From contig RHPI01000575.1 in NCBI GenBank assembly GCA_009103225.1, forward strand, positions 171,527-235,526: a stretch of DNA of 64,000 bases, in the 5' to 3' direction. Under the pieces are notes generated by a model. It had not been told where the DNA came from. It saw only the letters and a program-made list of their open reading frames with translations, and searched no databases. Below, piece by piece: positions 38,405 to 50,003 of the stretch (positions are counted from its first letter, which is position 1; every line of letters starts with the position of its first letter). Source of the stretch: Chlorokybus atmophyticus. Taxonomy: Eukaryota > Plantae > Mesostigma and Chlorokybus algae. The position numbers were made by a program, and so were the translations under genes.

Positions 38405-41400
38405 GTGAGGAGGCTACTGCTGGGGATAGGAAGGAGCCTCATGCACGGACGGATGCTGTGACATTTCCATTAAAGAAGCAAGAGGAGATGGCTTTGAACG
38501 CGCCAATGGTGGTGAGTTATGCAAACGAGGAGACAACAAAGTACTTCGGGCTTCGAGCACACATTTGCGATGACCAAGGACGATGGAGAGAGTGTAAGCT
38601 CATGATTGATAGCGGTGCCAACAGCAACTTTATGAGTATTGATATTGCGCGGCGTTACGGTTGGCTTTCGTCATTACGAGGAGGTGAAGTGAAGCTCGCT
38701 GATGGAGAGCCACCCTCTGGAGGTGATGGCGCTGCGTTTATGACCAAAGAGTTGTGCGTTTGCATTGGGAAGATGAAGGAGAGCATGCGGTTTTGCTGCA
38801 TCACCCTACGGAACGGGTTTGATGGGATTTTGGGACTACCGTGGCTATGGCAACATAATCCATCCATCAATTGGAGGAAGCGCGTGCTCACCATCGAGCG
38901 AAACGGTGGAGAGTCCATTCAAGCTGCATCGGACGTCATCGAGGCGCGGCACGCACAATTAGGTGGTACGACAATTGCCCAGATCTCTTATGTGCAATTG
39001 AGGAAGTTATTGTCTCCACGGAAGGCAAAGGCTGCATGGTTGTGCGTGGTGCGCGAAAACACTGCAAAGTCAGCACCGGAGCTGAGTGACGATGTTCAGA
39101 CGGCTACTATGGACCCCGAGGTGTGTAAACTTGTTAAAGAATACCAAGATATCATGGTGGACGGACTTCCATCTGGTCTACCACCTCCACGGAGCGTCGA
39201 CCACCGTGTGGAGCTGATTGAAGGCGTGCACAAGCCACCGTATCGACCCGTATACAAGTTGTCACCTTTGGAACTGGAAGAGGCCGAGAGGCAGGTGGCG
39301 GACTTGCTGGAAAGAGGCTACATCAGGCCTAGTAAGTCCCCCTATGGTGCACCTATTTTGTTTGTACGAAAGAAGAACGGGAGCTTGCGCATGTGCGTCG
39401 ACTACCGAGCTCTCAACAACATCACGAAGAGGAATTGCTTTCCACTCCCACGTATCGACGAGTTGCTGGAGCAATTGCAAGGTGCGCAGTACTTCACAAC
39501 ACTTGATCTTGCTGGAGGTTATCACCAAATCCGCATCGCGCCCGAGGATGTGGAGAAAACAGCTTTTAACACACGTTATGGGCACTACGAGTGGTTGGTC
39601 ATGTCCTTCGGACTTACGAACGCACCGGCAACATTTCAAACGCTTATGAACAGCGTTTTTGCTGACTTGATTGGTAAGGGAGTCCTCGTGTACCTCGACG
39701 ACATTTTGGTGTACGCGACAACAAAGGAGGAGCACGTGGCACTTCTACGGCGCGTGTTGCAGCGTTTGCGCGAACACAAGTTGTACGCCCAGCTACAAAA
39801 GTGCAAATTCTTGCTTCGAGAGGTGGAGTACCTAGGCCACATTGTGTCGCATGAAGGCATCAAGCCGGACCCCAACAAAGTGCAGGTGGTGCGCGAGTGG
39901 GCTGCCCCGACCAATGTAAAGGAGGTGATGTCCTTTTTAGGCCTTGCGGGGTATTATCGCAAGTTTATCATGGGGTTTTCGCGCATAGCTGCTCCCTTGA
40001 CTACCCTACTCAAGAAGGGAAAGCATTGGAGCTGGTCAGCAACAGAGGAACATGCATTTGCTGCGTTGAAGAAGGCGCTGACGGAGGCACCAGTCCTGGC
40101 TCACCCCAACATGGAAAAGACATTTATTTTGGCTTGCGACGCGTCCGACACAGCCGTAGGAGCTGTTTTGCAGCAAGACCATGGCAACGGCCTTCAACCA
40201 GTAGCATTCTTCAGCAAGAAGATGAGTGGTGCGGAGCTGAATTACCCCGTGCACGAGAAGGAACTTTTAGCGCAAGTCATGGCGCTACGACAATGGCGTT
40301 GTTTTTTGGAAGGCAAAAAGTTCGTGCTTGAGACGGATCACTCTCCACTGAGGTACTTACAAACACAACCTCATCTGAGTCGCAGACAAGCTCGATGGCT
40401 TGAGTTCTTTCAACTTTTTAACTTCGATATCAAGTACAAGCCCGGTACGTCAAATGGTGTTGCTGACGCGCTGAGCCGGCTTAATGCAATTGAGGCACTC
40501 GCTCAAGTGCAGCCCGAGTGGACCGACCAGATTCGGCAAGTGCTTCGTGAAGACACGGAGGGTATGAAAGTGTTGCAAGAGCTGGAAAATACAGCTACGG
40601 ACACAAGTGGGCACTGGTCACTGCGCGACGGGCTGCTGTGGCACCATGGGCGCTTGTACATCCCCAACGTCGCGCATATCCGTGTGAAGTTGCTGAAGGA
40701 AGCTCATGACGTGCCCATTGCTGGTCACCAAGGGTTGGAAAGGACTTTGGCAAGCTTAAAACAGCGTTTTTACTGGCGAGAGATGCATCGCGATGTGCGC
40801 GACTACGTAACGTTGTGCGACGCATGCCAAAAGGTGAAGGCAAGCAACCAAAAGCCAGGTGGGTTGCTGCAACCTCTCCCTGTGCCATTGTCCAAGTGGG
40901 AGCAAGTTACCATGGACTTTATCACGGGGCTACCAAAGACAAAAGAAGGGTACGACGCTATACTTGTGTTCGTCGATAAAACCAGCAAAATGGTACGCTT
41001 GGCACCGTGTAGTGAGTCTTGCACGGCACCGGAGGCAGCACGCTTGTTCGTGAAGCATGTATTTCGTTCTCATGGATTACCACGAAGCATTGTGAGTGAT
41101 CGCGACCCGCGCTTTACAAGTAAGTTTTGGGAGGCGCTGCATAGTGCACTGGGTACCACACTGAAGTTTAGCACGGCATTCCACCCGCAAACTGATGGGC
41201 AAACGGAGCGGGCCAACCGTGTGATCGAGGACATGCTGCGTTGCTACGTTAACGCGCGACAAGACAATTGGGAGGAGCTGCTTGAGTTGGTTGAGTTTGC
41301 GATCAACAACCACCACAATGCAAGCACAGGTGTCACTCCCTTCCTTATGAACTACGGGCAACATCCATTGACACCGTTGACGGCATGGACACCGCGACGA

Positions 41401-41991
41401 CATGACGTGCGTGTGGAGGCAGCTAATGACTTCCTTACAAAGTGCGCGGACATTAACAAGGCAGCTAGGGATGCGTTATTGGTGGCACAAAATCGGCAGA
41501 AGCAGTACGCGGACGCGCATCGCCGACACCTCACGTTTCAGGAAGGCGACATTGTGTTACTCTCCGCGAAGCACGTCCAGGTGCGTACGGGAGTTCGCAA
41601 GCTGAATGAACGCTGGTTGGGACCATTTAAGGTCAGCAAAGTTATCTCGGACGTGGCGTACAAGTTGGAGCTACCCGACACCATGCGTGTGCACCCCGTT
41701 TTTCACGTCTCCCTTCTGAAAGCATATCGAGGACAACCGCCAGAAAGGCCACCCCCCGAAGTTGGCACGGACGGTGAACCCGAGTGGGAGGTAGAAGACA
41801 TCCTTGGTGAGAAGTTTGTGCATGGCGTACGCAAGTTCTTAGTGAAATGGAAGGGCTATCCGTTGCATGAAGCATCCTGGGAGCCAGAGGCACACTTGAC
41901 TAATGCTCAAGACGTTGTGCGTGCCTATCTTGCTCGACGACAACCTCGCGAGCTTCGAGGACGAAGCTCACCTGGGGGGGGAGGAGTGTAA
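38344..41991 (+). CDS. pol: Pol (PR-RT-RH-IN-chromodomain) in the -1 frame relative to gag
   Basis: IDSGA, LRMCVDYRALN, YLDDIL, CDASDTAVGAVL, MDFITGLP, TDGQTER and the chromodomain WEVEDIL..FLVKWKGYP..ASWEP. The frame is open from 38344 with no stops. Confidence 0.96.
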   Translation, partial: SSRQHHGAKWRGAGKRLPPVGEEATAGDRKEPHARTDAVTFPLKKQEEMALNAPMVVSYANEETTKYFGLRAHICDDQGRWRECKLMIDSGANSNFMSIDIARRYGWLSSLRGGEVKLADGEPPSGGDGAAFMTKELCVCIGKMKESMRFCCITLRNGFDGILGLPWLWQHNPSINWRKRVLTIERNGGESIQAASDVIEARHAQLGGTTIAQISYVQLRKLLSPRKAKAAWLCVVRENTAKSAPELSDDVQTATMDPEVCKLVKEYQDIMVDGLPSGLPPPRSVDHRVELIEGVHKPPYRPVYKLSPLELEEAERQVADLLERGYIRPSKSPYGAPILFVRKKNGSLRMCVDYRALNNITKRNCFPLPRIDELLEQLQGAQYFTTLDLAGGYHQIRIAPEDVEKTAFNTRYGHYEWLVMSFGLTNAPATFQTLMNSVFADLIGKGVLVYLDDILVYATTKEEHVALLRRVLQRLREHKLYAQLQKCKFLLREVEYLGHIVSHEGIKPDPNKVQVVREWAAPTNVKEVMSFLGLAGYYRKFIMGFSRIAAPLTTLLKKGKHWSWSATEEHAFAALKKALTEAPVLAHPNMEKTFILACDASDTAVGAVLQQDHGNGLQPVAFFSKKMSGAELNYPVHEKELLAQVMALRQWRCFLEGKKFVLETDHSPLRYLQTQPHLSRRQARWLEFFQLFNFDIKYKPGTSNGVADALSRLNAIEALAQVQPEWTDQIRQVLREDTEGMKVLQELENTATDTSGHWSLRDGLLWHHGRLYIPNVAHIRVKLLKEAHDVPIAGHQGLERTLASLKQRFYWREMHRDVRDYVTLCDACQKVKASNQKPGGLLQPLPVPLSKWEQVTMDFITGLPKTKEGYDAILVFVDKTSKMVRLAPCSESCTAPEAARLFVKHVFRSHGLPRSIVSDRDPRFTSKFWEALHSALGTTLKFSTAFHPQTDGQTERANRVIEDMLRCYVNARQDNWEELLELVEFAINNHHNASTGVTPFLMNYGQHPLTPLTAWTPRRHDVRVEAANDFLTKCADINKAARDALLVAQNRQKQYADAHRRHLTFQEGDIVLLSAKHVQVRTGVRKLNERWLGPFKVSKVISDVAYKLELPDTMRVHPVFHVSLLKAYRGQPPERPPPEVGTDGEPEWEVEDILGEKFVHGVRKFLVKWKGYPLHEASWEPEAHLTNAQDVVRAYLARRQPRELRGRSSPGGGGV
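38383..38441 (+). promoter_or_regulatory. Candidate -1 ribosomal frameshift signal (GGAAAAC plus H-type pseudoknot)
   Basis: G GAA AAC at 38383-38389. Stem 1: CCCCCAGTAG (38395-38404) with CTACTG..GGGG (38414-38425). Loop TGAGG (38406-38410) can pair with CCTCA (38437-38441). Confidence 0.7.
41974..41986 (+). promoter_or_regulatory. Polypurine tract
   Basis: GGGGGGGGAGGAG immediately before the 3' LTR. Confidence 0.93.
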
Positions 41992-42655
41992 CAGTCAAGG
42001 CCAAATTCTGTGATTTTCATGGCCGTTTTAGGCCTTATTTGTAAGGTACATGTTTTTAATGACTTGTGGCGGATATCGGCGAGTTATGAGTCTGCCGCGG
42101 ATATCGACCGGGGCCCCAAGACCAGTCCGGAAGGTGCCAGAAAACGGAGGGCCAGTCGAGAAGGGCTCGACCAGATTTCTGGAAGGGCCTGGCGCCAAGT
42201 AGTATAACTTGACCATATGAGCAGCAAATTAGGAGATCTTTGCGTTGGAAAGGTCTAGAAGTGTACTACAAGATTCTGCAAGAGTATCTTAGCTTCTAGT
42301 TCCGTCTAGCGCTAGAATCGTCTAGACAGTAGCATGTGCAGACTGGTAGGTATAAAAGTGACATTCTACAACTTGCAATACAACCTTTAGCTCCCTAAAT
42401 TCTTGTGTGCAAGCTTGGTGGTGGTTAGCAGGGGTTGCTAGCGTGTGCCCACCGGTGTGTGCTTGTTTGTGTGACGATCCAAGGCGCTACACAAGTCGGT
42501 GTGTAGCTTCGAGCGCATGCGCGTGCGTACGCGAGTGGCGGGGCGCGCGTGTGTGCTTGGCAGAGGGGGCAAGGTTCCAGTGTGAATACCGTGTCTTGGT
42601 GAGAGGGTTGTGGATTGGACCAACTCACAGGTGACAAGGCACGAGCACCGTCACA
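41987..42655 (+). repeat. 3' LTR (669 bp)
   Basis: Direct repeat of the 5' LTR. Confidence 0.97.
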
Positions 42656-43683
42656 TGCGGGATCTGTTGCGAACAGAAGCCAAAGGAAGCGTTGCTACCA
42701 ATGTTATGTTGTGGAGCTACACTGTGCCGTCAGTGCTTGAAGAAGCTGCGCACATGATCTCTCCTCCAAGTTGAGTGTCCGATCTGCCGCTGGTTTGAAC
42801 TTAATTTTATGTATCGCCCACCACGTGGTGCAGCGTCCTCCAATTTCCCTGTATACGAACCGAGCAGCAGTAACGATGATGAGGATGTCGATATACACAA
42901 TATCGGTGCTGCTGGCGTTGGGCCTTTGCAGCCACCCCCGCCTGCATAGGCCTGTATTTCATGGTACCCGTTTTGCCCTTGTAGATGCATATGTCAAGTT
43001 TGTCAATGGAACATCTTATGCTCTGTTGATACCTATGGTTATGTTGTTATGGAACATGCTTGTACAACATCCACATGGCCGCACACATTGTGTTATCACT
43101 GTGTGATATTGCGATAGGCAGCATACGGATATTTTTCAATCTTCTGTACATTCAACTAGGCTGGCAAGCAAAGTGGACATTGCTATAGATGCACACTGCT
43201 TGTGTTACAACCATTTGTACATTTTACTATTGCAGCGTCTGTTGTTAACGTGTTTTAGAGTATGAGACATTGCCATAGTACAGTTACCATGCTGTTGCAC
43301 AGATTTGCAGCACCCAAAAGTTGAGTCGAGTGTCTCGCATTGCCATGTGTATCAGCGACCCATGACATAGTGTACAACACATGAAAGATAAACACTGCGG
43401 GATAGTCGTTGCCAAGATCAGAGTTGCAAGGCGATCAGTGTACACACACATGCTAATGCACTGCAATTGTCTCCATCCAACTGTGTGGAAAATGACGAAT
43501 ACAGCATCTCTCACATGCATACACTCCACTAAATACACTTACACCAAACACCACAGCATACGTACATATATGAAGTTACACAGCCACCAATATGCACCCA
43601 CCTGTATCATATCGACACCAAAGCATGGTGTCGCACAAACTGTCAAACACACATGGTGAACCCCACATAAACAATAGCCAGTT

Positions 43684-44046
43684 TTACGCCATTTTCTTAT
43701 TTTTATTGCCAAAACCGCTACCACTACGTCGGCGCGCCCAAAATGCTTTGAACCTTGCTGGGTTGCCTTCATCCATATTATAACCTTTGCACCCACAAGA
43801 GTCGTATTGGGCAATATACGTAGCTTCTAACCAATCTATTCGCGCCTTGCAATGTCCTTCATCCAAAACTTCCAATTGCACTTGCTCTTCAAAAAGTTTA
43901 CTGCTATCCAAGTCAGGCAACATTTTCTTAGGCGGGTCTCTACGATGTTCCCGATAACGTCGACGTGGGTGGCTACTTTAATCGATATATACTTTCTGTG
44001 TTGCCACATGCGTAAATTTGTAGATGAACTTCGCACCTGTGTTCAT
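43684..44046 (-). pseudogene. GIY-YIG endonuclease with one premature stop
   Basis: From the ATG at 44046: MNTGAKFIYKFTHVATQKVYID*SSHPRRRYREHRRDPP...WLEATYIAQYDS..GYN. This shows the IY/YI strands, the R..EH helix, the catalytic E and the GYN motif. Confidence 0.82.
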
Positions 44047-45993
44047 GGGTTGCGGTCGTTTTTGGAGGTACGTGCAGGCTTGATGTTGGTGTTACCTTGA
44101 TGCTGTTCAATGCTGCCGAGGATCGCAGGATCATCTAAACCTCATCGTTTACCTGCAAAGAACAATGTTACTATGAATGCTGCAATACACATCCAAGATT
44201 GTTGTTGAACAATGTTGACATACATGCATAGCAGACGTAGAGCAAGGAAACGGACAGCGGGCAAAGGATAAGAAGCAAGGGAGACAATGGATAAACAGAA
44301 GTGTAACAAAAGATGGAGTGACTGCATGGGTTCTAGCTTGATGTGTCCATTGTTGTTGGAACTTCTGCTACCCAACCATAGCATACTCATGACATCGCAA
44401 CTAATCCTGGCAAGCACAGTAATCCAATCATCAACTCGGATAACAACACACCTCATTAGCATCATTATTTGCTACTGGAGCTTCCTTTGGGTCTGCTTTA
44501 TTGATCTGCTCAATGATCTTCTCTGCCTTTCCTTGCGACATGAAACGCGCTGTGTCCCAGTTGCAAACTTTGCGAACGTGCACCAGCTCGAACACCTGTT
44601 AAACATTTGTTAACTACAGGTGCTTGGGCCAATGATCAAGTGTCACATTGATACATACCAAATTAGCGTGAATTGGCTCCGCATTATTATTATTATTATT
44701 GGTAAGATCTGGGTTGTCCTTGCGCAGCAGAGTGTCCCACATCTTGTAAGCTACTTGGCGCTTTAGGTCATCAAAAATGCCGAGCTTTTTGAGGTAATAG
44801 ATGCATGTTCCTGCACATACATGCCTCAGTTACCACATGCATCACACCGTGTAAGTGTACATTGACCGCCTCTCACCAGTTGCAATGGAGTCCCCATGGT
44901 TAATGCGTAACTCTTGAGCTCTCTCTTTGGCAGGGCAAATTAACTTATCGGCCTCTGGCTTGGTGAATAATCCCTCTAGTAGGTTTCACTCCCGACAAGC
45001 TGCAGCTTGTCATGAATGAAACCTGCTGAGTCACATGCTACCAGTTGCTTTGCTGGCTCAGCGGACGACCAGGCGCATCACCGAGAGCTAGAGCTACTGG
45101 TACGTGGACGCTTCAAGCCACGTTTGTCATTGGAAATTTGAGCGTGGAGCCTCTCGAACACGTCTTTCCCATTAAAGTCCATGCTGTCAACCAGGTGCAT
45201 AGTCAATGTAACGCTAGCCAACATGTTGATTCACAGAGGTAGAGATTAAACAGAGCCAAACTGAGCCACGTTGCTACCTGTGTCTGGCCGAGGTGACAGT
45301 TTCCAACGATGGGCAGGTTTCTGAGGCAGGTGGTGCGACAGGCATGTATGCACAGTGCCCTGCGACTTGACGTCCTATCTGGTATCTACATTTATAGCAG
45401 CGTTAGATATACTGTTGATGTATATCTGGCAAGAAAAAGGGTATGCATTGGCAGAGCACTACGTGCTAAGCCATGCCGCGATGATTGGTGAGAAGAGATG
45501 ATGGGATGGAGGAGATAATTGCACACAAAGCATGGTTGCATAACGGGTGGTACGGCAATTAATTGAATGTGCCATGGCATCAAACCGTACGATGTGTATA
45601 GTGTGGTTATAGGATGCAGCTCTTATTACGCGACATGGTCCAATATCGTCCACAACATGGAACCATATAATGCAATGTCGTGCAACATCATTCATACATG
45701 CTCAAACATCATGCGATATGCATTGATATCAAAGTACGAGGTTGGGGCAGGCCCCATACGATGGGGTAGTACCCCAAAGACATGCCGCCACTACTCACCC
45801 TCGTTCCAACTGACCCACTCTACCATTTCACGCTATAATTACTGCGTCATTAAACATGGTCAACAGCCGAACAAGGTTGCGCAACATCGTACAACATCGC
45901 AAAAATGATGCACAACATATGTCACACCATTGCGCAACACTGACTGAACTTAGCGGTTATCAACGTTAATCCCCAGGAACGGGCGACATTTCT

Positions 45994-48900
45994 TTAGGGC
46001 GCGGCAAACGCGTCAACCGTAAATAGGCCCTGTTTGTCACACGTGACAACGACCACATACCACAATGCATGAGCAAAAGCTTTGTGCATGTGGACAATAG
46101 TAGTGGATTGTAGCGTAGCACCTTGAGACTTGTGCACTGTCATTGCGCTAGTTGCAAAGGAAACACAGCTTTGAAGTACGTTTTGCCTTGAAACGTTGTT
46201 GTTTGTTGTATTGTTTGGCGCATCCACATGGAATCTGCCAAGTGATTAAATGTAATTTGTATACTACTCACATTACCTTTGTAGTATCTGAACTGCGTCA
46301 CTGTTCTAAAAGACCCATTGGCTACACCATCTTGCAGTGAAACGGTTTCCAAAACCACCACCTTTGCTCCCTTGGCGACTGAAGGTAATAAGTTGAACTT
46401 GGGCTTGTGAATCCAGTCGTACAGTTTGGGCACATTCACTGCATTGGCATAATTTGTATTGGCACATTGGCATCTGTTGCACAACGTTGTCTCATAATCA
46501 TGTTGTTGAAAGCCAGTGTGTCTTGTACATGTGAACACAATATGGTTGCATCACTTGGTAGCTGCTGTAAGTACTCCGAAGTGACCATACAGCAATCTAA
46601 CGCATCTGCGATCTCTGATGAACTGGGTATGCCAGGACGTTTTTGAATCAAGAATTGAGCAAACAGAGGGTCTGAAGCATGACACACTGAAACAGAAAGA
46701 ACATGTTGCCTACGTAATGGCCACCTCTGCGATGCAACAATATGGCATTTGTGGCAAACCTGCGATGTGTCTTGGACTTTGTGTCTACAAACTGCTGGCA
46801 GGTGCTTGTGGTCACTAACCAATACAACGCCAATTGTTTGTAGACATTCTGGTCCATGAACTTGCTGTAAGCGCAGCATCACTAAGACGAATAATTGCGG
46901 TGTCATCACGGACAACTCGTCAATAATAAACACTTGACAGTGATGTAACCGTTTGTAAGCATCATCCATAGCAGTTTAAAACCGGAGTTGCTAACCGTTG
47001 ACAGGTATTGCGAAGTTGCAATGTACAATTGAAGTAGATAAGCTCAACCGCAGAGCCACAGCGCCAGTTGTGGCATTGAGTGAAACAGGTATCCCAGCAA
47101 TGCGCAACTTGTGAGTGATACATTAAACAAAACTGTTTTGTCTGCTCTTGGAAAACCAGATTACATGTAGACCGACCGGTGCTGCAATGATACTACTTGC
47201 GGTGCGTTCTTGCTGGCTGGTCAAAGACAATTTGCTCGCAAACGCAAACTCCTCAACATTCAACGTACCTTGAAACATAGGAGGTGATACATCTGAGTGC
47301 GCTGTCACAGTTGAAGCTGAAGATGCAGGAATGGATGATGTTGCTGTTTGTTACTGCGTGGTAGGTTCTGGTACAGTTTTGCTGTCTGTCGGACCAGCTG
47401 TAGCCATAGACAAGGCATCAATAGCATTATCAGTAGTCTGCATCATGGCGTTCATCATATGGTGAATCTTAACATCATTGTGTAGATGACGTTCGGCATA
47501 GCGCATGACATGTGTTAACAAACTGCGGTATGTGTTGTTAGTAAAACTCCGCAACAGCCAATCTTCATAGTAAGTGCGTGATTGGTTGTTTAAAGGAATC
47601 AAAACAACTTTAAATCGAAAAGTAACCCGCTGAAGAAGTAAATTGAAACAAAACTCCTCAATGCTGTGTACAGGATGGTAATCCGTGAATCTAATGATGC
47701 GTGGGACAGCTCACTCATAAACGAATGCATTTATTCTATCTCTTAAGTACGCACAATGTTATGTGGAACAGTGTCTCCATCTCGGTGCATGTACTGTCGA
47801 AAGTAGTTGTACATTGTTACTCTTTCCACCTCGTCAGGCCTGACACAGTAACGATGAATGGGATGCAGAATTATTGTCTGTGCACGACTAATCACTATGC
47901 GAGAACGATCATTAGGCAAACGCGTGTCAACATATGTTACATTGGACGACATTTGCACGATGGGAATATGCAAACATATAAAAACAGCTTCAGCTGGAGC
48001 AATGGGTTTGGACAAGTACATTGTGTTCAATATGCGCAATTCGTTAACAGTCAATCCTTGCAAACCGTGTGCATTGGCGTCTAATGTATCATCAATAGTG
48101 CCACAAGGTTCCATTTTGGTTGTGCTTCATTAAATGCTTGCTCCAGTGACTGTCAGTGACTTGCAACACAGTATAATGAGCACCCCATAACAATAAAAGC
48201 ACTGGATGTGTGGGAACAACATTGCGGTCATAAGTGCGCGGTCTGTAATAGTCGTACCTGCGCGTGTCTGTGTTAAACTGAGGTCGACGATCTGGTTGTA
48301 TGGGATACGGGGAAGCCCATGTCGCACTTGTTGTTAAATGCTCAGCAGCCACTGCCAACATTAGCCAACACTTGTGCAATTGCTTGCGTACAACATATTC
48401 ATGAAGGACTCGCAGTTTGGAATCAGTTGGTACAATCATTTGCTGATTTGCATAGTCAACGTCTCCGGGAATAAATGCAGTGATTTCATTGCCAACTCGT
48501 TCAACATCATTAGGGTGTAACCACAACATAACATGTGCATGCAAGGATCCACAGTGTTGTGTTTCATACCTGATAACATAGTGCATCACACTTCCAAAAA
48601 TATCCTTTTGCATGATATATTCTTCAAAGAACGTGCTGAACCGATGAAGCAAACGTGCGCACTCCACAGGGTCATTATGCCAACTGAGTCGGGTGGAGAC
48701 GTTGTGGAGAACATTTTGCAAATCAATGATCTCAGGGAATTTGGGATTGGACACTTTATTTGCAGTCATGGTGACAAAGAGATGAGGCATACCCCAATGC
48801 TGCTCAAACACAGCAGCTCACTCAACTTTTGTCAATGCCAATTCGGAGATCCAATGATGTCACCAGGGACACGGAATTTCATAGCGTTACTGATGGCATT

Positions 48901-50003
48901 GTTGATTGTAGTAGTAGGTCGTTGTTTAAGGAACTATTTTAATATCAGCGCCCACAACAACTTCGCGGCACTGTATGATTATGAGAAGTGATTAACGGAT
49001 TTGGTACATCAACAGCAAATAAGGCTTTTACAATGTGAAAACTGAGAACGATTGTGTGAGACGGAACCTGACATAGTCTGACAGTCTGCTGTACACGTTA
49101 CCCTCAAAGATCTCACGATTGTGCGGAAACAACATGGGAAACAGAGCTGACTCCACAATTAAACCTGGAATGTTGCACGCACCTCCTGTATCCATGTGTA
49201 TTAAAAGAGGAACACAAGGCTCACGCAGCGATACATGTCCAACGCGCAACATAGTGTCCACTGAGACTTCATCTGTGCTGCGCGAAGGAAATGGCAACAA
49301 AGTGGTTAAAACGTATGTGTATGCTGATTCACCAGCAACGTTCAAAAGATAATAATCCTGTGCACGAGACACAATGCTACGAATAGTAGATGAAGTAACG
49401 GTGAGAATGCTGTAAAAACCAAATGGTTGTTTTGCCAAGGTCTGATATTTCTGAACGAGAGTGTTTGACGTTAAATGGCTCGCTCAACAACTCCAGCAAC
49501 AAGGTGGCATGTTGGCTCTGCTGTGTAAAATCATCCCAAGTGATAAACGGACCGTTAACCATATTCAACTGCTGAATCTGGCTAGAAGTGAAACTGTACA
49601 AGTTCTATAAGTCGCGAAGCACCATGGACGTGTTGACAAGGGACAACATCTGCACTACCATGGGATGTGCCTCCAACAACTTGCGAATGTACACTGCGCT
49701 GTGTAACACAATGTAACTGGAACGCTCCGACCCATGACTACATCGATGGCGTTGGTAGTAATTACTATCACACTTGGTATAAGGGGACATGAAGACATTC
49801 GCCGAATCATATGGTGCAACAATGGGTACTGATTGTCGATATGCTAGACGATAAGTAGTAGCAACAGGAGAGTAAAACTGTACATGCCCGGACAAAAAAT
49901 GACATTGCATTCGCGCGACAAACTTATGTTGTGCATCTTGCCAACAGGAAAGCATATAATTGCAGTCGTCCCACAATTCGCAATGCTGAGACAAATTTGT
50001 CAT
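45994..50003 (-). mobile_element. Decayed Helitron RepHel (HUH Rep + PIF1 helicase), 5' truncated
   Basis: Rep: PHLFVTMTAN and YETQHCGSLHAHVMLWL. Helicase: IIDELSV, VSDHKHLPAV, FPLQLAQ/AMTVHKSQGATL. Many stops and frameshifts. Confidence 0.9.

Larger units (their letters stand above)
36610..42655 (+). mobile_element. Intact Ty3/Gypsy chromovirus (6046 bp) with TGCGG TSD
   Basis: LTRs 36610-37281 and 41987-42655 (TGTAAC...GTCACA) differ, by eye, by 3 substitutions and one 3-bp indel. TSD TGCGG at 36605-36609 and 42656-42660. Confidence 0.98.
35667..42800 (+). pseudogene. Coiled-coil + RING-finger pseudogene split by the chromovirus insertion
   Basis: Removing 36610-42655 and one TSD gives NTCGICCEQKPKEALLPMLCCGATLCRQCLKKLRT*SLLQVECPICR. 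Coiled-coil ORFs 35667..35927 and 35954..36151 lie upstream. Confidence 0.72.

Noticed and set aside
45760-45800. Twin hairpins GGGGC-AG-GCCCC and GGGGTA-G-TACCCC as the Helitron 3' terminus
   Set aside because: No CTRR end at the expected distance on the minus strand, and GIY-YIG lies further downstream; terminus not supported.
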